Of a stretch of DNA of 64,000 nucleotides, positions 11,698 through 23,471 are shown piece by piece. Under the pieces are notes generated by a model that saw only the letters and a list, made by a program, of their open reading frames with translations, made no database searches and was not told the origin of the DNA. This DNA comes from Eutreptiella sp. 'Long Island Sound 2002' (Eukaryota; Protista; Euglenida). The stretch's first letter is position 1, and each line of letters begins with the position of its first letter. The stretch lies in NCBI GenBank assembly GCA_964036045.1, contig OZ038379.1, forward strand, positions 25,854,001-25,918,000, given 5' to 3'. A program made the position numbers and the translations under genes.

Positions 11698-12654
11698 CCC
11701 AGGTGTGGGGGCACCGGGCGGCCGTCCGCTGAGGCTACCGTGACCCCCCCCCCCCCTCTCCCCCCCCCCCCCCGCCCAACCCGCGGCACGGCGACAGGCC
11801 TCCCCCCCCCCCCCCCGGCCCGCGGTCGCGGCCGGGAGCGCATAGCATTTATGGCCGGCCGATATGCAGAGTCGTCGGGACAGCCATCGAGCGCCCCCCA
11901 GGCGGCCTGTGAGCCTCCAGATCGGCCCTCAAATCAAATCAAATCAATCCAGCCGACCCCCCCCCCCCCCCCAACTGCCCACCAGCCCCCCCCCCCCAGG
12001 TTTTAACAGATAGCCGGGGGGTGTCGCATCAGGACCGGTTGTAGTCGCCCCCCGTGCCCGGAACCCTCCACCCCCCCAACCCCCCCTTACACTCCCCCGG
12101 GGCGCCCTCCCAGACCCCCCCCACCAACAACAACCCTCCCCCCCCCCTACAGACCCCCAAAAGTTTTCGCACACGGTAGGGTGTCAATATTCGAACAGGC
12201 CGCCCTGGCCTCGCATGAGTGCCCAGCCGCATGTACAGGCGCTATGGGGCAGATCGCCACTCATGGGATTGCACCAGGCGTTCCCACAAACCCCGCGCTG
12301 TCTCCGGGCTCTGGCTGCATAATAGGCAAGTGTGCATAGCTATACTTTGCGGTGCTCTGAGCGCTCTGCCAACACCGTCATGGTGGGCAGGTTGCGCATG
12401 CGGTGGGCCACTAGGTGCTGCTGCTTGTCACTAGTGAGTCAGTCCAGCAGCAACCCGAGGCCCCGCCAATAATTGAGGCCCCAGGGGTGCTCGTACTGCA
12501 CCCGTGCCGGCACTGCCACTTGCTCCTGGAGCCACTTCAGCAGGTCCGATGGGGCTAGCTGGCAGTGGTCATGGTATTTGCCCGGCGGCACAAAAGATTT
12601 GGGGTGGTGGAGCATCTAGGTCAGATCCGCTTGCGGCTTGTCACGAGTCGCGGT

Positions 12655-12835
12655 GTCGGTGTGGTGCGGTATGGTGTGGTGTGGTGTGGTGTGCTGGCGT
12701 TCGGTGTGGTGTGCTTTGGTGTGGTGTGGTGCGGTGTGGTGTGCTCTTGAAACACTACACCACACCACACCACACCGCACTACACAGCGCTTTATAGTGC
12801 CGCACAACAGGACACGGCACAACACATTATGACAC
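12655..12835. repeat. (GTGTG)n followed by its complement (CACAC)n, forming an inverted repeat
   Basis: GGTGTGGTG... tract switches to CACCACACC... across CTCTTGAAA. Confidence 0.8.
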
Positions 12836-12869
12836 AACACCGAAACAACAATGCTTCTTGGCCCTGCAG

Positions 12870-13553
12870 GTCAGACAGGCCGCAGAGAAGTATGCCCCAT
12901 TCACTGCAACAACCGCAAGCCTCTTTGTAAATGTGGTCCTGCCACTGACCACGCCCCATGGCAGCTTCCACCTTTTGCCCAACTGGCACATCACCGTCTT
13001 CGACCGCTTCCTTGAACAACGTCTTCTTGATCCCTCGGGTGAGGTCCTCAGTCCAGATCCCGCCAAAACAAAAGCCTCCCTCGTGGGCCTGATCCACACA
13101 GAGCTCAGTGCCATCCTGCCGGCATCCGATCACATCCCCTTGGCACTGCTGCTGCTGGCGGAGGGCCTCGGCTTTACCGAAGACGCGGGCAGTCCCACTG
13201 CACGCTGTTGGGCTACGCTCCTGGCGCTGGGGCAGGGCTTGCCACCTCCTGCTGGCCCGATGCCAGGGGTACAGCTCTCGGCGACACGTGCGCGTGACCT
13301 CAAGTTCGTGGTGGACCGGCACCCGCGGCTGCAGGCGTTGTGGGAGGCCTTTGCGAATGCGGCCCCGGAGCAGCAGCTGCCACCTGCAATGCTGCTCCAG
13401 CAGCACCAAGGGGGCAGCTTCAATTTCCAGGCCTCCGCCATGCTGGACCTGAACGCGGCGGCAGAGGAGGAGCTGGACCCCGCCACAGCACTGCATCCGG
13501 AATGCGACGCACTGCTGACAGACAGTCCGCCCTTGCCCAAAGACCTGCGGCAG
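12870..13553 (+). CDS. Dynein heavy chain-like exon: AAA5 lid / AAA5-AAA6 region
   Basis: CTGCAG|GTC acceptor, CAG|GT donor, phase 0/0. VQE|VRQAAEKYAPFTATTASLFV parallels dynein I...R..Y.P.A.R.S.LYF. Confidence 0.85.
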
Positions 13554-13664
13554 GTGCTGGAGTGTGGGTGTCGTGGAGTCTGAATGTTCAACGATATAGA
13601 TGGGTTCTTTTCTCGATGGGGATTGGGATGGGATCACCAGTCGTGGTTCTGGTGCTCCAGATCG

Positions 13665-13845
13665 CTGCATACATGTATGCAGGCATGAATGCATACTGTG
13701 CCACGCATGCACACATCCATGCACATTTATGCATGCATGTGTTTATGCACATGTGTATGTGTGCAGTATGCATACATGCAAACATATGTGATATGTGTGT
13801 GCGGACAGTATGCATCCACATATGCATGTATGGATGCATATGTAT
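13665..13845. repeat. Alternating purine-pyrimidine (ATGC/ATAC-like) minisatellite; continues at 15314-15460 after a TE insertion
   Basis: Directly visible low-complexity RY tract on both sides of the 13846-15313 element. Confidence 0.85.
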
Positions 13846-15313
13846 CAGGGGCGCATCGACTGTCAACTTTTGGTCGTAGAGCTAGTTTTGCCAAAGGGGG
13901 TTTTTTTCCAAGGGCGGATTTTTGGTGTTTTTTGGCCATTTGCCATTTTTCAACCCCCCCCCCCCTTTTAAAGCTGTGTGGTTACGACCCCTAGGGATTG
14001 TGTATATGGCAAATTTGATCAGCAGAGGTTGCTCACATGTGCCGCATAGTGCATATATGTCTAAGAGTTCAACCAGTCTGTCGTTGTTGCCCCGGTAGTT
14101 CCCCATTTCTTATGTGCATAATTTCCACTGTGTCACAGCCCCATGAAAAATGATTGTCATTGTCACGGCCCCCCTCCCGCAGGGGGTGTAGGTAGGGGCC
14201 ATCGACTTTGGGGGTTTCCAGACACGCTGATGGTATGGGCAAACCCCCCGGTTTTTTCCACGTCCCCAAAATTAGTGAAAAATGACAGTATGCATGTTAA
14301 CCAACCCCCCCCCCCTTTTTTTAGCTAGGATTAAGGTGACACGTGGTCAAAGTGGAAAACCTTTGATTGTTGGTTGTGTTTGTACACTTGCTGTCTTTCT
14401 TTCCCTCTCATCCCATGTGCCATGTTGAACCCCATGAGCACTTCTGTTTTGCTATTGATCTCAGTTCAATGAAGCGCAATGAATTGCACTCTTTTCTCGT
14501 TGGAGACATATGGGGTGGCCAATGCATGCAGTGTGTTTGGGGTCGTGGGTTGCATTGCTGATGACTTTAAGGAAACAGCCCCCCTCCTGGTAGGGGGTGT
14601 GGCTAGCTTTCTATAGCTTGGTGAGGGCTTAGAGTGGAGGAGCTCGCTTCCTAAATGCTTACCCATTTAGGCCACCGCGTCCTTGCCTAGGGTATCTTGC
14701 TATGAACACTGGGTGAAAGCATTTATGTCCGGATTTTTGGGCAGAATTTGCCTTTCTATGTGCAACTTTTGGTACAATACAGAACCCCCCCCTTTTTTCC
14801 AAGGCCCAAATTTTAGGGGTAATTTTTTAAATAACCCCCCCCTTTTTTGGACCCCCCAAAAGTAGACAAAACATCAGTGTGTCCAAAATTACCCATATCG
14901 ATGGCCCCTGGGTGTGGGCAACTTGAGGCACCCAAATTTTCTTGGGTGGGGGCCTTGAGTGGACGGACCCGCTCCTCAAGTGGGCCCCTTAAGCCACCAC
15001 GTCCTTGCGATCTAAAATCATTCCTCTGTTTTGCCATTGTCCGCAATTTCCTTGATTTTCGAGCATAACCCTCTCCTTTTTTCCAAGGGCGCAATTTTAA
15101 GGTGCATTCCCCCCCCCTTTTTCTAACCCCTGAAAATTGATGAAACAACCCCTTTGTCCGCAATTTCCTTGATGATTTTTTCGAGCAACCCCCCCCCCTT
15201 TTTCCAAGGGCCCAATTTTTAAGATGCATTTTTTAAAACCCCCTTTTTTTAAACCCCATTGATAATTGATGAAACGGCACCCATGTCCGAAATTTAAAAG
15301 TCCATGTGCCCTG
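13846..15313. mobile_element. Non-autonomous hAT-type element with 8-bp TSD
   Basis: ATATGTAT|CAGGGGCGCATCGACT ... AGTCCATGTGCCCTG|ATATGTAT. CAGGG start and 8-bp TSD are typical of hAT. Internal tandem subrepeats at about 14780-15260. Confidence 0.85.
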
Positions 15314-16763
15314 ATATGTATACAAAACGTAAACATGCACGTGCATGTATGCAGATATGCAGACATGTGTGTGTGTTTGTGTATGTGCAAACATGCATAC
15401 ATGCATGCATGCATGCTTGTACACTACGTAGAACATGTGCTTACATGCATGCATACACACAGGACAAGCAATGGCACGATGCACCCAAATTGGGTGTGTC
15501 TCCCGCAACATCATAGCCGAGTGGGAAATAGGGGGGGATGGCGGCTCAAAGAGGGATATGACTAGAATATTGAGCGAAATTGGTGGCGAATGGGGGAGGG
15601 AAAATGAGATGAGGTGGTGGGGCAGCAAGCCACTGAAATTGGTTGAAAGTGGGGATGGGCATGGGAATTGTTGTGTGCTTTGTGCCATCCTCGCCACCAT
15701 GGAATGCCTTGTGTATGCCCCAATGAAGGCCATCACCAACAAAAGGGGTCACTCTGCTGGTTTTCAAAGCGATCGGGCAAGGCAATCAAGATGTCCGCTG
15801 TGGGTTTGCATGGGAAGGTCTACCGCTTGGGAGATGCCTGCTCCCCGCATTTTTCTTGCGGGTGTAACGCAATACCTGCAGGTACACCGTCACAAAATCT
15901 ACTGGGTAAGCCCCCGCCCCAGACCACTCCATCCCAGACTGTCCAGACTCCGCTGCATTGCGCGCACCTCCGTTGGCCCAGCCCGAGACACACTTAGTGA
16001 GCCCTGATGCGCGCACACATGTGACCCTGTATCGCACTTTGTGCACGGTTGGAATCAAGTGCTGTGGGCTTTCCCTGTGGCAACAGGCAAAATCTGTCTA
16101 AGTGAAATGGGCTGTGTCTCAATTAAAACAACGTGCGTTGTTCATGAAATCACAAAAAAACATTCAAGCTGTTTTTTTTCAACCGAGATACTGTACTTAA
16201 GACACAGGCAAATGCAGGTTTAAGACCGTGCGTTTCTCTTCATGTTGAGTTTCACCCATTCCTCGCCTTTTCGCACGCTTTTTGCTCATTTCCACCACAT
16301 CCACTTGATCCATGTATGGCACAAAACTCTGGCAACGTAGCTTCAAGCATGTTGCCATGGGTGAGTTCGGGGGGCGTCTGCCATTGGGGTCATGGGTGCT
16401 GCTCCAAAGTTTGGAGACCACCTGTATTCTTCGCAATCTGGCCCACCAAGAGAATCCGAACCTTGATGTCTTTGATGTCAACACGATGCAAGTTGTTGAT
16501 GAGGGAGGGTTTGCTGCTTCTGTGGTATGTGTGATCATTGCCGACAACAAGGCCCAAGTTGCCCTCTCAGGATGTCGGAATTTTAAAAACACGGCACCTT
16601 TGACAATGGATACTTGGGGTGGCGACCATCGCCGTTCATGGTTGCTCACAGTTTGCATGATGTGTTGTGTGGAGGGAAGGAAGTTTGCAAGTTCTTGAGC
16701 TAGGGTAGTTGGGGTTGCCTAATTTTAAGGCCGTTTGCAAGGGGCGTGCCTGAGGCCTCTTTA

Positions 16764-16818
16764 GGGGGAACCTAGTTTAAAGGTAGCGCACAGTGCGCGC
16801 GCAGTGCAAAGATTCCCC
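16764..16818. mobile_element. 55-bp minimal member of the GGG/3-bp-TSD family
   Basis: TTA|GGGGGAA...GCGCACAGTGCGCGCGCAGTGCAAAGATTCCCC|TGA. Confidence 0.5.
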
Positions 16819-17061
16819 TGAGGACAAGTACGCAGGCCCTGTGATTTTTGTAAAAAAAGATTTTGATTTTGGTAAAAAGGATTTTGGTAACAAGGTAATT
16901 GATTTTGGTAGAAAGATTTTGGTAAAAAGGATGTAGGTCTAGAGAAATGTTCATGCGTTTTTCATCAACTCCGCAACCCCAGACCACATGAACAGAATGT
17001 CATTGACGTCCGGTGTGATGGCTCAGGGGGTCGTGGGCGCGCCCCTGGTCTCTTATGACAG

Positions 17062-17286
17062 GTGCTGGGGATCCCTGTGGCGGCCCCCGCCGGGCACATG
17101 ACCCTGCAGAAGCTGCTGCTGATCCGCGCCGTGCGGCCTGACCTCCTGCTCCATGCCCTCCACGCACTACTGAAGACATACCTCGGGGACGAGTTCCTCC
17201 TGCCTCCCGGCACCGGCGGCGGCATGGCTCTGCAGAGAGTGAAGGCTGCCAACCCGCAGACGCCGCTGGTGCTGCTGACGGAAAAG
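17062..17286 (+). CDS. Dynein heavy chain-like exon: entry to AAA6
   Basis: LQKLLLIRAVRPDLLLHAL...LGDEF...TPLVLL matches dynein FQKLLLIR.LRPDR...LG..F...TPLIFIL. Donor AAG|GT at 17287. Confidence 0.9.
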
Positions 17287-17513
17287 GTTGACCCGTTGCG
17301 TGTCCTCATGTGAAGTGTGTCTGCGTTGTGGCCGAGAGACGAAGTCGGTTGAGAGGGACGCGCCCCCCTGGCACAAATGTAGGGGGGTCTTTACAGACAT
17401 CGGGTCTCTTCAATTGTGTTCAAGACTGCAACGAATGTCTGACGCTGTGTGCGAGTGCCGTGCAGGCGGGCGGTCACGTGTGTGTGTGTCCCCTGCGTCC
17501 GCTCATCCCGCAG

Positions 17514-18086
17514 GATCCGGCCCCAAGCCTCCCTCAGATCTTGGAAGCCGCACGCGCCGCCGACACGCCCTGCGCCGTGCTGCCCCTTGCGCGCTGCGAG
17601 CCTGCAGCCCTCCGGGACGCCCTGACCAAGCGCTGCTGGACCGTTGTGCCCCACGCCGATGCCGCCGCGCTCTGCATGGCCCTGCAGGTGCTGCGGGGGG
17701 GCCGGCAGCCCCACGCCGACTGCCGCCTGCTCCTTCTGGCCGCCGCCCCCGCCCTCCGGGAGATGCCCAAAGACGCCGACTTCCAAACCTGCGCCCTCCC
17801 CCCGCCCACCGTCAGTGCGGAGCTGCACGCAGCCCGCACCGCCGCCGTGGCCCATGTCGTGAACTACCCGGTGCTGAGCGACACGCCGGCCGTGGCGCAG
17901 CTGTGCACTGCGCTGGCGCTGTTCCACGGGCTCATGCGCGCGCGGCAGTCCCGGCGGTCCGCACCGGGCCCGACGCGCCCGTGGCCCATCGGGACGCACG
18001 CCCTGCGGCGGACCCTGGCGTTCCTCGCGTGGGCGACGGGGCATGAGACGGAGCCGGTGATGGACTTTGACATGATCGTGTCCCTC
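17514..18086 (+). CDS. Dynein heavy chain-like exon: degenerate AAA6
   Basis: CCCGCAG|GAT acceptor. HADCRLLL and LCTALALFHGLMRAR match H..FRLWL and L.F.L..FHA...ER. The donor position is uncertain by a few codons (18087 or 18093). Confidence 0.8.
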
Positions 18087-18894
18087 GTGCGGGTCTGCGC
18101 TGTCGTGTGTCGTGCGGCCGGGGTCTGTGAGGGATGTGTCCCGTTGTGACACCCCCTGAGGGGGCGGGGGGGGGGGGGGGGCAGCGAGGCGTGACGGGTC
18201 ACGACCATACAGCACAGCCCCCGAGGACTGGCAGCAGACAGATACAGGCCGACCGTCAAGGGCTGGGACGTGCTGCCCAACGCCCGGCAGCAATGGTTTG
18301 AGGGTTTGGTCTGGGAGTTCCTTCAGGTGGCCTTTGATGCCACTGCCCCGTGGGGCGGGGGGCTGGGGAGCTGTGCTGGGACCTCTGCTGGACGGCCGCG
18401 CCTCCGAGAGCAGGTGTGCCAAGTTGTGGCTGTCCAGGGCCATACATCAATGTGTAGGGGAATGGTCGTGCAGGGCGTCGCTGGAGCCCCCCAAAAGACA
18501 GGGGGTGTGTCTGGGACAGAGGGGCACATGGGGGCGTGCTGGCGGTGAGGGCAATGTTGACAAGTCTCTGTTGGGGTGCATCTATCTGGAGTCAGTACCG
18601 AGGGATGTTCGGTCACAAATGCCGTTGGGCCTGGCAGTTGGGGAAACGAAGAGAGCCGTCGGGTTCGCAGGCCCGGCCTACGGACCACCCTGCCTCAGGC
18701 ACCTCGGGGCTTTCGGGGTGCGTTCCGCCCCAACCGCTTCTGGCCGCCTGCCGCCCTGCGTACTGAAAGTGACCACCTGCATTGATTTGGAACCACTTCA
18801 GGGTGCCTTCCAGGTGGCTTCGAGGCCGCTTCGAGGCCGCTTCGAGGCCGCTTCGAGGTGCTTCGAGGAGCGAAAACATAGGTGGTCATTTCAG

Positions 18895-20160
18895 GTACGG
18901 AGGGCGATGGTCCTTCTCTCCGCCGATTACCCTCAGGACGTCGCGCTGCAACTCCACGGCGTAGTGGACGCTTCGGATCCCCACGCCGCGCTGCTGTCGC
19001 GTCTTGTCGAGTATTTCACCACCGATTCGCCTGCGGCGGTGTTGCTGCCCTCGAACTGCGCGTTACCAGAGCTCGCGGCTCCCGCCCTCGCCGATGCCAC
19101 GGAGCTCTTCAATGCCGTCGCCGCAGACCCACTTGCGCTCGCGCTGTCCCCGGCAGCGCAGCGGGCGAGCGACGCGCGCGAGGGGGCGCGGGTGCTGCGG
19201 CAGCTCGCGCAGCCCCCGGCCCCGCGCCCCCCCGGCACAGCTCCGTGGAGCAAGGCGCGGTTCGCAGCCACCATCAAGTGCCTCGAGGACGTCTGCCGGC
19301 AGCTGCCGCGCGCGCTCACCGCGTTTCCGGACGCACTGCTGCCGCCGCACGCCGCGGGCCGCGTGGACTACCTCGCGCACTGCTTCAGCCGCGAGCTCGT
19401 GCACCACAACCGCGGGCTTCGCCGCATCTTCACGGACCTGAACGCGCTGCGGGACGGGCTCTTGGGCCTCGGTCCACTGCCCCCTGCGCTCGCGACCCTC
19501 GCCACTGCCCTTCTGGAGGACCGCGTGCCGGACGCCTGGCATCGGGACCTCACTGCGCGGCACCGCTGGCTCCCGCTCCGGGCGCTCTGCGCGCAGCTCT
19601 GTGCGATCTCCGAGTGTCTCGGGCACTGGGCGGCCAAGCGGCGGTTGCCGACGCCGCTGCGCCTCTCCCACTTCCACGACCCCGCGGCGCTGCTCCGCGG
19701 CGTGCGCGCGGCGGCCCCGCGCCGCCACGGCATGCCCCTCCACACGCTAGGCCTCGAGGCGACGCTGTGTACGGAGCGGGTGGTGACGTTCGAGGACGAG
19801 GGGCTCGTGCGCGTCACGGGGCTGTGGTCCATCGGCTTCGCATTGACCCCGGACCACGTGATGGCGCCCGCCGGGCTCGACCTGCCCGCCCCTTTCCCGG
19901 ACCTCCTCCTGCGCCCCCGCGTGTGCGCGACGGCCCCCGCGGACCGGGAGGCGGGGCCGTACCTGTGCCCCGTGCGACTGTGCGGCGGGGCCTGGGACGG
20001 GGGCGAGCAGGCCCAGGGGGGGGAGGTGTTGCTGCGGGTGCCACTGACGCTGGGGCTGGGGCAGGAGGGGTCTGAGTGGCAGGCGTTGGGCGCGCAGCTC
20101 GTGTGCGACTACAGGCCTTTGGAGGATCAGGGCAGCGCCGTGACGCTGGGGGACGCCTGA
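18895..20160 (+). CDS. Dynein heavy chain-like terminal exon: AAA6 lid and C-terminal domain, TGA stop
   Basis: RELVHHNRGL, RVPDAW, LSHFHDPAALL, VTGLWSIG, YLCPV, WQALGAQL match dynein C-terminal motifs E..R.N.LL, .VP..W, L..FF.P.AFL, .GL.LEG, Y.CP.Y, W..RG.AL. Confidence 0.92.
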   Translation, partial: VRRAMVLLSADYPQDVALQLHGVVDASDPHAALLSRLVEYFTTDSPAAVLLPSNCALPELAAPALADATELFNAVAADPLALALSPAAQRASDAREGARVLRQLAQPPAPRPPGTAPWSKARFAATIKCLEDVCRQLPRALTAFPDALLPPHAAGRVDYLAHCFSRELVHHNRGLRRIFTDLNALRDGLLGLGPLPPALATLATALLEDRVPDAWHRDLTARHRWLPLRALCAQLCAISECLGHWAAKRRLPTPLRLSHFHDPAALLRGVRAAAPRRHGMPLHTLGLEATLCTERVVTFEDEGLVRVTGLWSIGFALTPDHVMAPAGLDLPAPFPDLLLRPRVCATAPADREAGPYLCPVRLCGGAWDGGEQAQGGEVLLRVPLTLGLGQEGSEWQALGAQLVCDYRPLEDQGSAVTLGDA

Positions 20161-23100
20161 GGGTCGTGGGCGGGTGTCGGCAAAGGGCCTGCGCCTACAG
20201 CCCCCCCCCCCCCCCCCCCGCAGCTGCTGCACGAGATGGACCCGTGACCCGCTGCACCTCCGTAGCACAGGGGGACCCACGCCGATGCGGCGGACGAGCC
20301 GCGGGTACGACGGGCAGCAACGTCCCTTGGGCGTAGCGGGGGGTCGGCAAAGGGAGCTCGACCCTGTCACAAGGCGGTGCACGTCTCACCGACACGAGGG
20401 ACGACGTGGTCTGAGTTGATGCAAAGGGGCGGGGGGGGGGGGTTTGGGTTGCTCACCCTCGGGTGGGGAGGGGGGGGGGTAACACCCCTGGCCTCCAGTA
20501 GGACCCGGTCTCTGTTTGTCGTGGCGTTTGGGCACTGGGGCTCGAACTCCCGGTCTTCTGACCCGGGATTGTACATTATGCCATTGAGACGCCAAGGCCT
20601 CGCTAGCAGGGGGCTGTTTGCGTCGGATGCAGCGCTTATTCTGGGCGATGGTGTTGGATCTGCCCCCCTGAGGCCGGTGTGACTCCGGAAGTGGATAGGG
20701 AGGGACTCTTTGAGCCCCCTGCGAATAGCAGCGGGAATGCTCCGGAACAGGGGCTCCACGCCCCCCCCCCCTTCCCGCGGGCCCTACCAGGTGCTTGAAG
20801 GGGGGCGAGGCACTGCAACCCTTCGGAAGTGATGGTCCACCTTGCCCCAACCCGTTCCCAATTGCCTATGACCGTTCTGTGCCCGCCTGCCTTCGCCAAG
20901 TGACCGCTCTCCCACCGCAACTCACCCCATTTGTAACCGCTCTGCATCCCCCCCCCCCCCCCTGGGCGGGGGCATTGGGGCGGGACGTGAGCTGCACAGG
21001 AAGTTTACAGACTTGCAAAGATGAGAAGACATGCCAGGCCTGAACGGCCCCATAATCCCCATAACTCGACTGTACACTGAGTATGCGGTCCTCAGCAGAA
21101 AAACCCGAACCCTAACCCCAGCAGACAGATGGGCAACAGACCTCATTTTTGTGTCTACTTGTGTCCGTCGAGGCAGTCTGTCACCGTTGTGATGTGCCCG
21201 TCCACCCGAACTGTGACTTTGGATGGTGCTTTTTGGAGGTATCCACCGCCACTGGGGGGCACCAGGGGTGCCCAATGCTACTGCATCCGAAAGGGACTGT
21301 ACCGTACACCCATCAAAGCAGGACGGCACGAAATGTGCACCCACAAGCCACCACCTGGCAAGATCAACGTGCCACACACCACTCCCGATGGACAGAATCA
21401 CCATGTTGTGGGCCGTTGTTTCCCGTCGTTTTAGCCCCCTTTTCTTCATGTTTGCTTGACCTGATGCAGGTCTTGGGGCTTTGCTACGGATGGCACGGGG
21501 GCTGTAGGAGGTCATTTGGGCATCACGTCCAGTGAGTGGAATTGAGAAGTTCCGACCAGCACCGTTCGGGTGACCACGGGGTTGGCATACACGTGGTCCC
21601 TGTGCGGTGACGGCGGGCCCGAAATGCGCCGGGCCCTTTTTGGCGCTGGGTGCTGCGGTCGGACTACCGCATGGATCTCTACCGCGTGTTCCAGTATGCA
21701 ACAGGAGTTGAGGTGTTCAAGAGCGGGGGTGTTGTTGCAGTCCGTTGGCCCTGATGCGCGATGCACCCCCCAAATGTATAACACCCCCTGGGGCCGTCAC
21801 TTTTTTGATGTACCCATCCTTCTGACTGTGGTGATGCAGGGCCGCCACGTGTCCACCGGTCAGAGTGCTGGTGCATGGAGAAGGGCGCTGCGCCCCGATT
21901 ATACATCGCCTGGTGGCACTGGAGGAGACATCCTCCTCCGAACCCACCTTCTTGCATACGTTGGAAGGGTAACACGCGGAGGGGGGGGGGCTCATGATGC
22001 CCCTCTGGTCCCCCTTCCCACCGCCCTGCGGGTTGGCCTGAGTCTCACCCACATCCGATGTCCCCACACAATTACTGCCCTTCTGAGTCCGGGATTCTCT
22101 GTCCCGCTCCACATCCCAATCCCTCTGGGTTGAACCCGAGCGCCCTCTTCTCTGGTTGCATTGGGTAGCCCCCGCTGGTCAGCCCCCCTGCCCTTGCGCT
22201 GGCATGGCCTTGTCTAGGGGGGCTACGACTTGATTGGCAGCCGCCTCCCACTGCTCTCGACACCCGTGCTCCGTAATTGGGCCCATCTTTAAGCCCATGC
22301 AAACGCAGTCCATACCCTCCGCCCATGCCCATCCATGGGGCTGAGTGTAGGGGAAGGGGCATTATCCTCCTCCATGTTGTGTATGTTTTCGTTGCATGGC
22401 TCCACACACACCCCGTGGCACGTCCCCCCCAATGACCCGAAGCTGTTGTTGAGCCTGACCCATGACGCCAGGACATTCGATGCCATTCAAGGCAACATTT
22501 GCTGCGGCCCAGACGACGGACACCCAACAGATCATTCTGGTTGTGAACCCTGCTTTGTGGAAGAACGATCAGAGCCCAACCCCAGGTCCCAGAATGCCCC
22601 GCCGTTGGTTCGGCCACAACTGCTGTCAATTAGCTTACAACCGCCGTTTGCTTGGCCTACAGTTGCCGTCGCTCAGCCCATTGCTGTCGGTTCGGCCAGA
22701 AGTGCTGTTCGTTAGCTCACAATTGTTGTCGTCTGGCTCACAGGCACCCCAAGCGGATTCCCCTGCAAGACTCGTATCCTCGTGTCTAGTACACTGAGCC
22801 GGCCGTCAGACACAGCCATTAGATGGCCCCAATTTCTGTACACAAACAAGTTTGGACCCGCCCAACTCACACGGATCTCCGTCCCCCATGTCATGGCAGA
22901 ACTTCCCACGAAGAGACTCAGTCTCCGCACGTCAGTCCCTCCTTCCACCTGCTTCAACCCGCTTTACACGGGGGTAGTCAGGCTCACACGTCACCCGCTC
23001 TCTAACTCCGCCGCTTACCCTCCAATGCAATAGTGACCTTAAGTGGTCACTTCCCACACCTGTGATCCACAACTGTTGGGCCTGTCGCCAGGTCCACATC

Positions 23101-23471
23101 GAAACGTAGGCTCCATCAGAGGGGCCCCCAGGAGGGACGGGTTCAGGCAGGGACGCAGTTGTCCATGGGGTTCACCCAGGGTGCACCGCCAGCCCCCATG
23201 AGAAGGCACCTTGGGCGGGCCTCTGGAGAGCTTTCAGTTCCTCTGTCACGACGTGCCTCATAGGGTTAGCCTAGAGGGCCAAGGAGTGGGTGACACCGCC
23301 TCTTGACCTGCAACCCTGACACCTTGGCGTCCTGCACTGTAGTAACCTTGTGCACTGTAGTAACCTCGTGCTTGCGATGCGCTCAAGGGCAGGAGGAAGG
23401 CAACGCTTCTCCTGAACTCTGCAACGGACCACTCTGCAACTGACCACTGGCTCAAAAGCGTCCTGGACCTT

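Noticed and set aside
18298-18894. N-terminal 199 codons of the 620-aa ORF
   Set aside because: Open by chance through intron 7; dynein similarity and a TTTCAG acceptor begin only at 18895.
19063-20075. Long overlapping and antisense ORFs over GC-rich exons (e.g. 18882-20075, 19063-19743, 17391-18443)
   Set aside because: Shadow frames of GC-rich coding sequence that is poor in stop codons.
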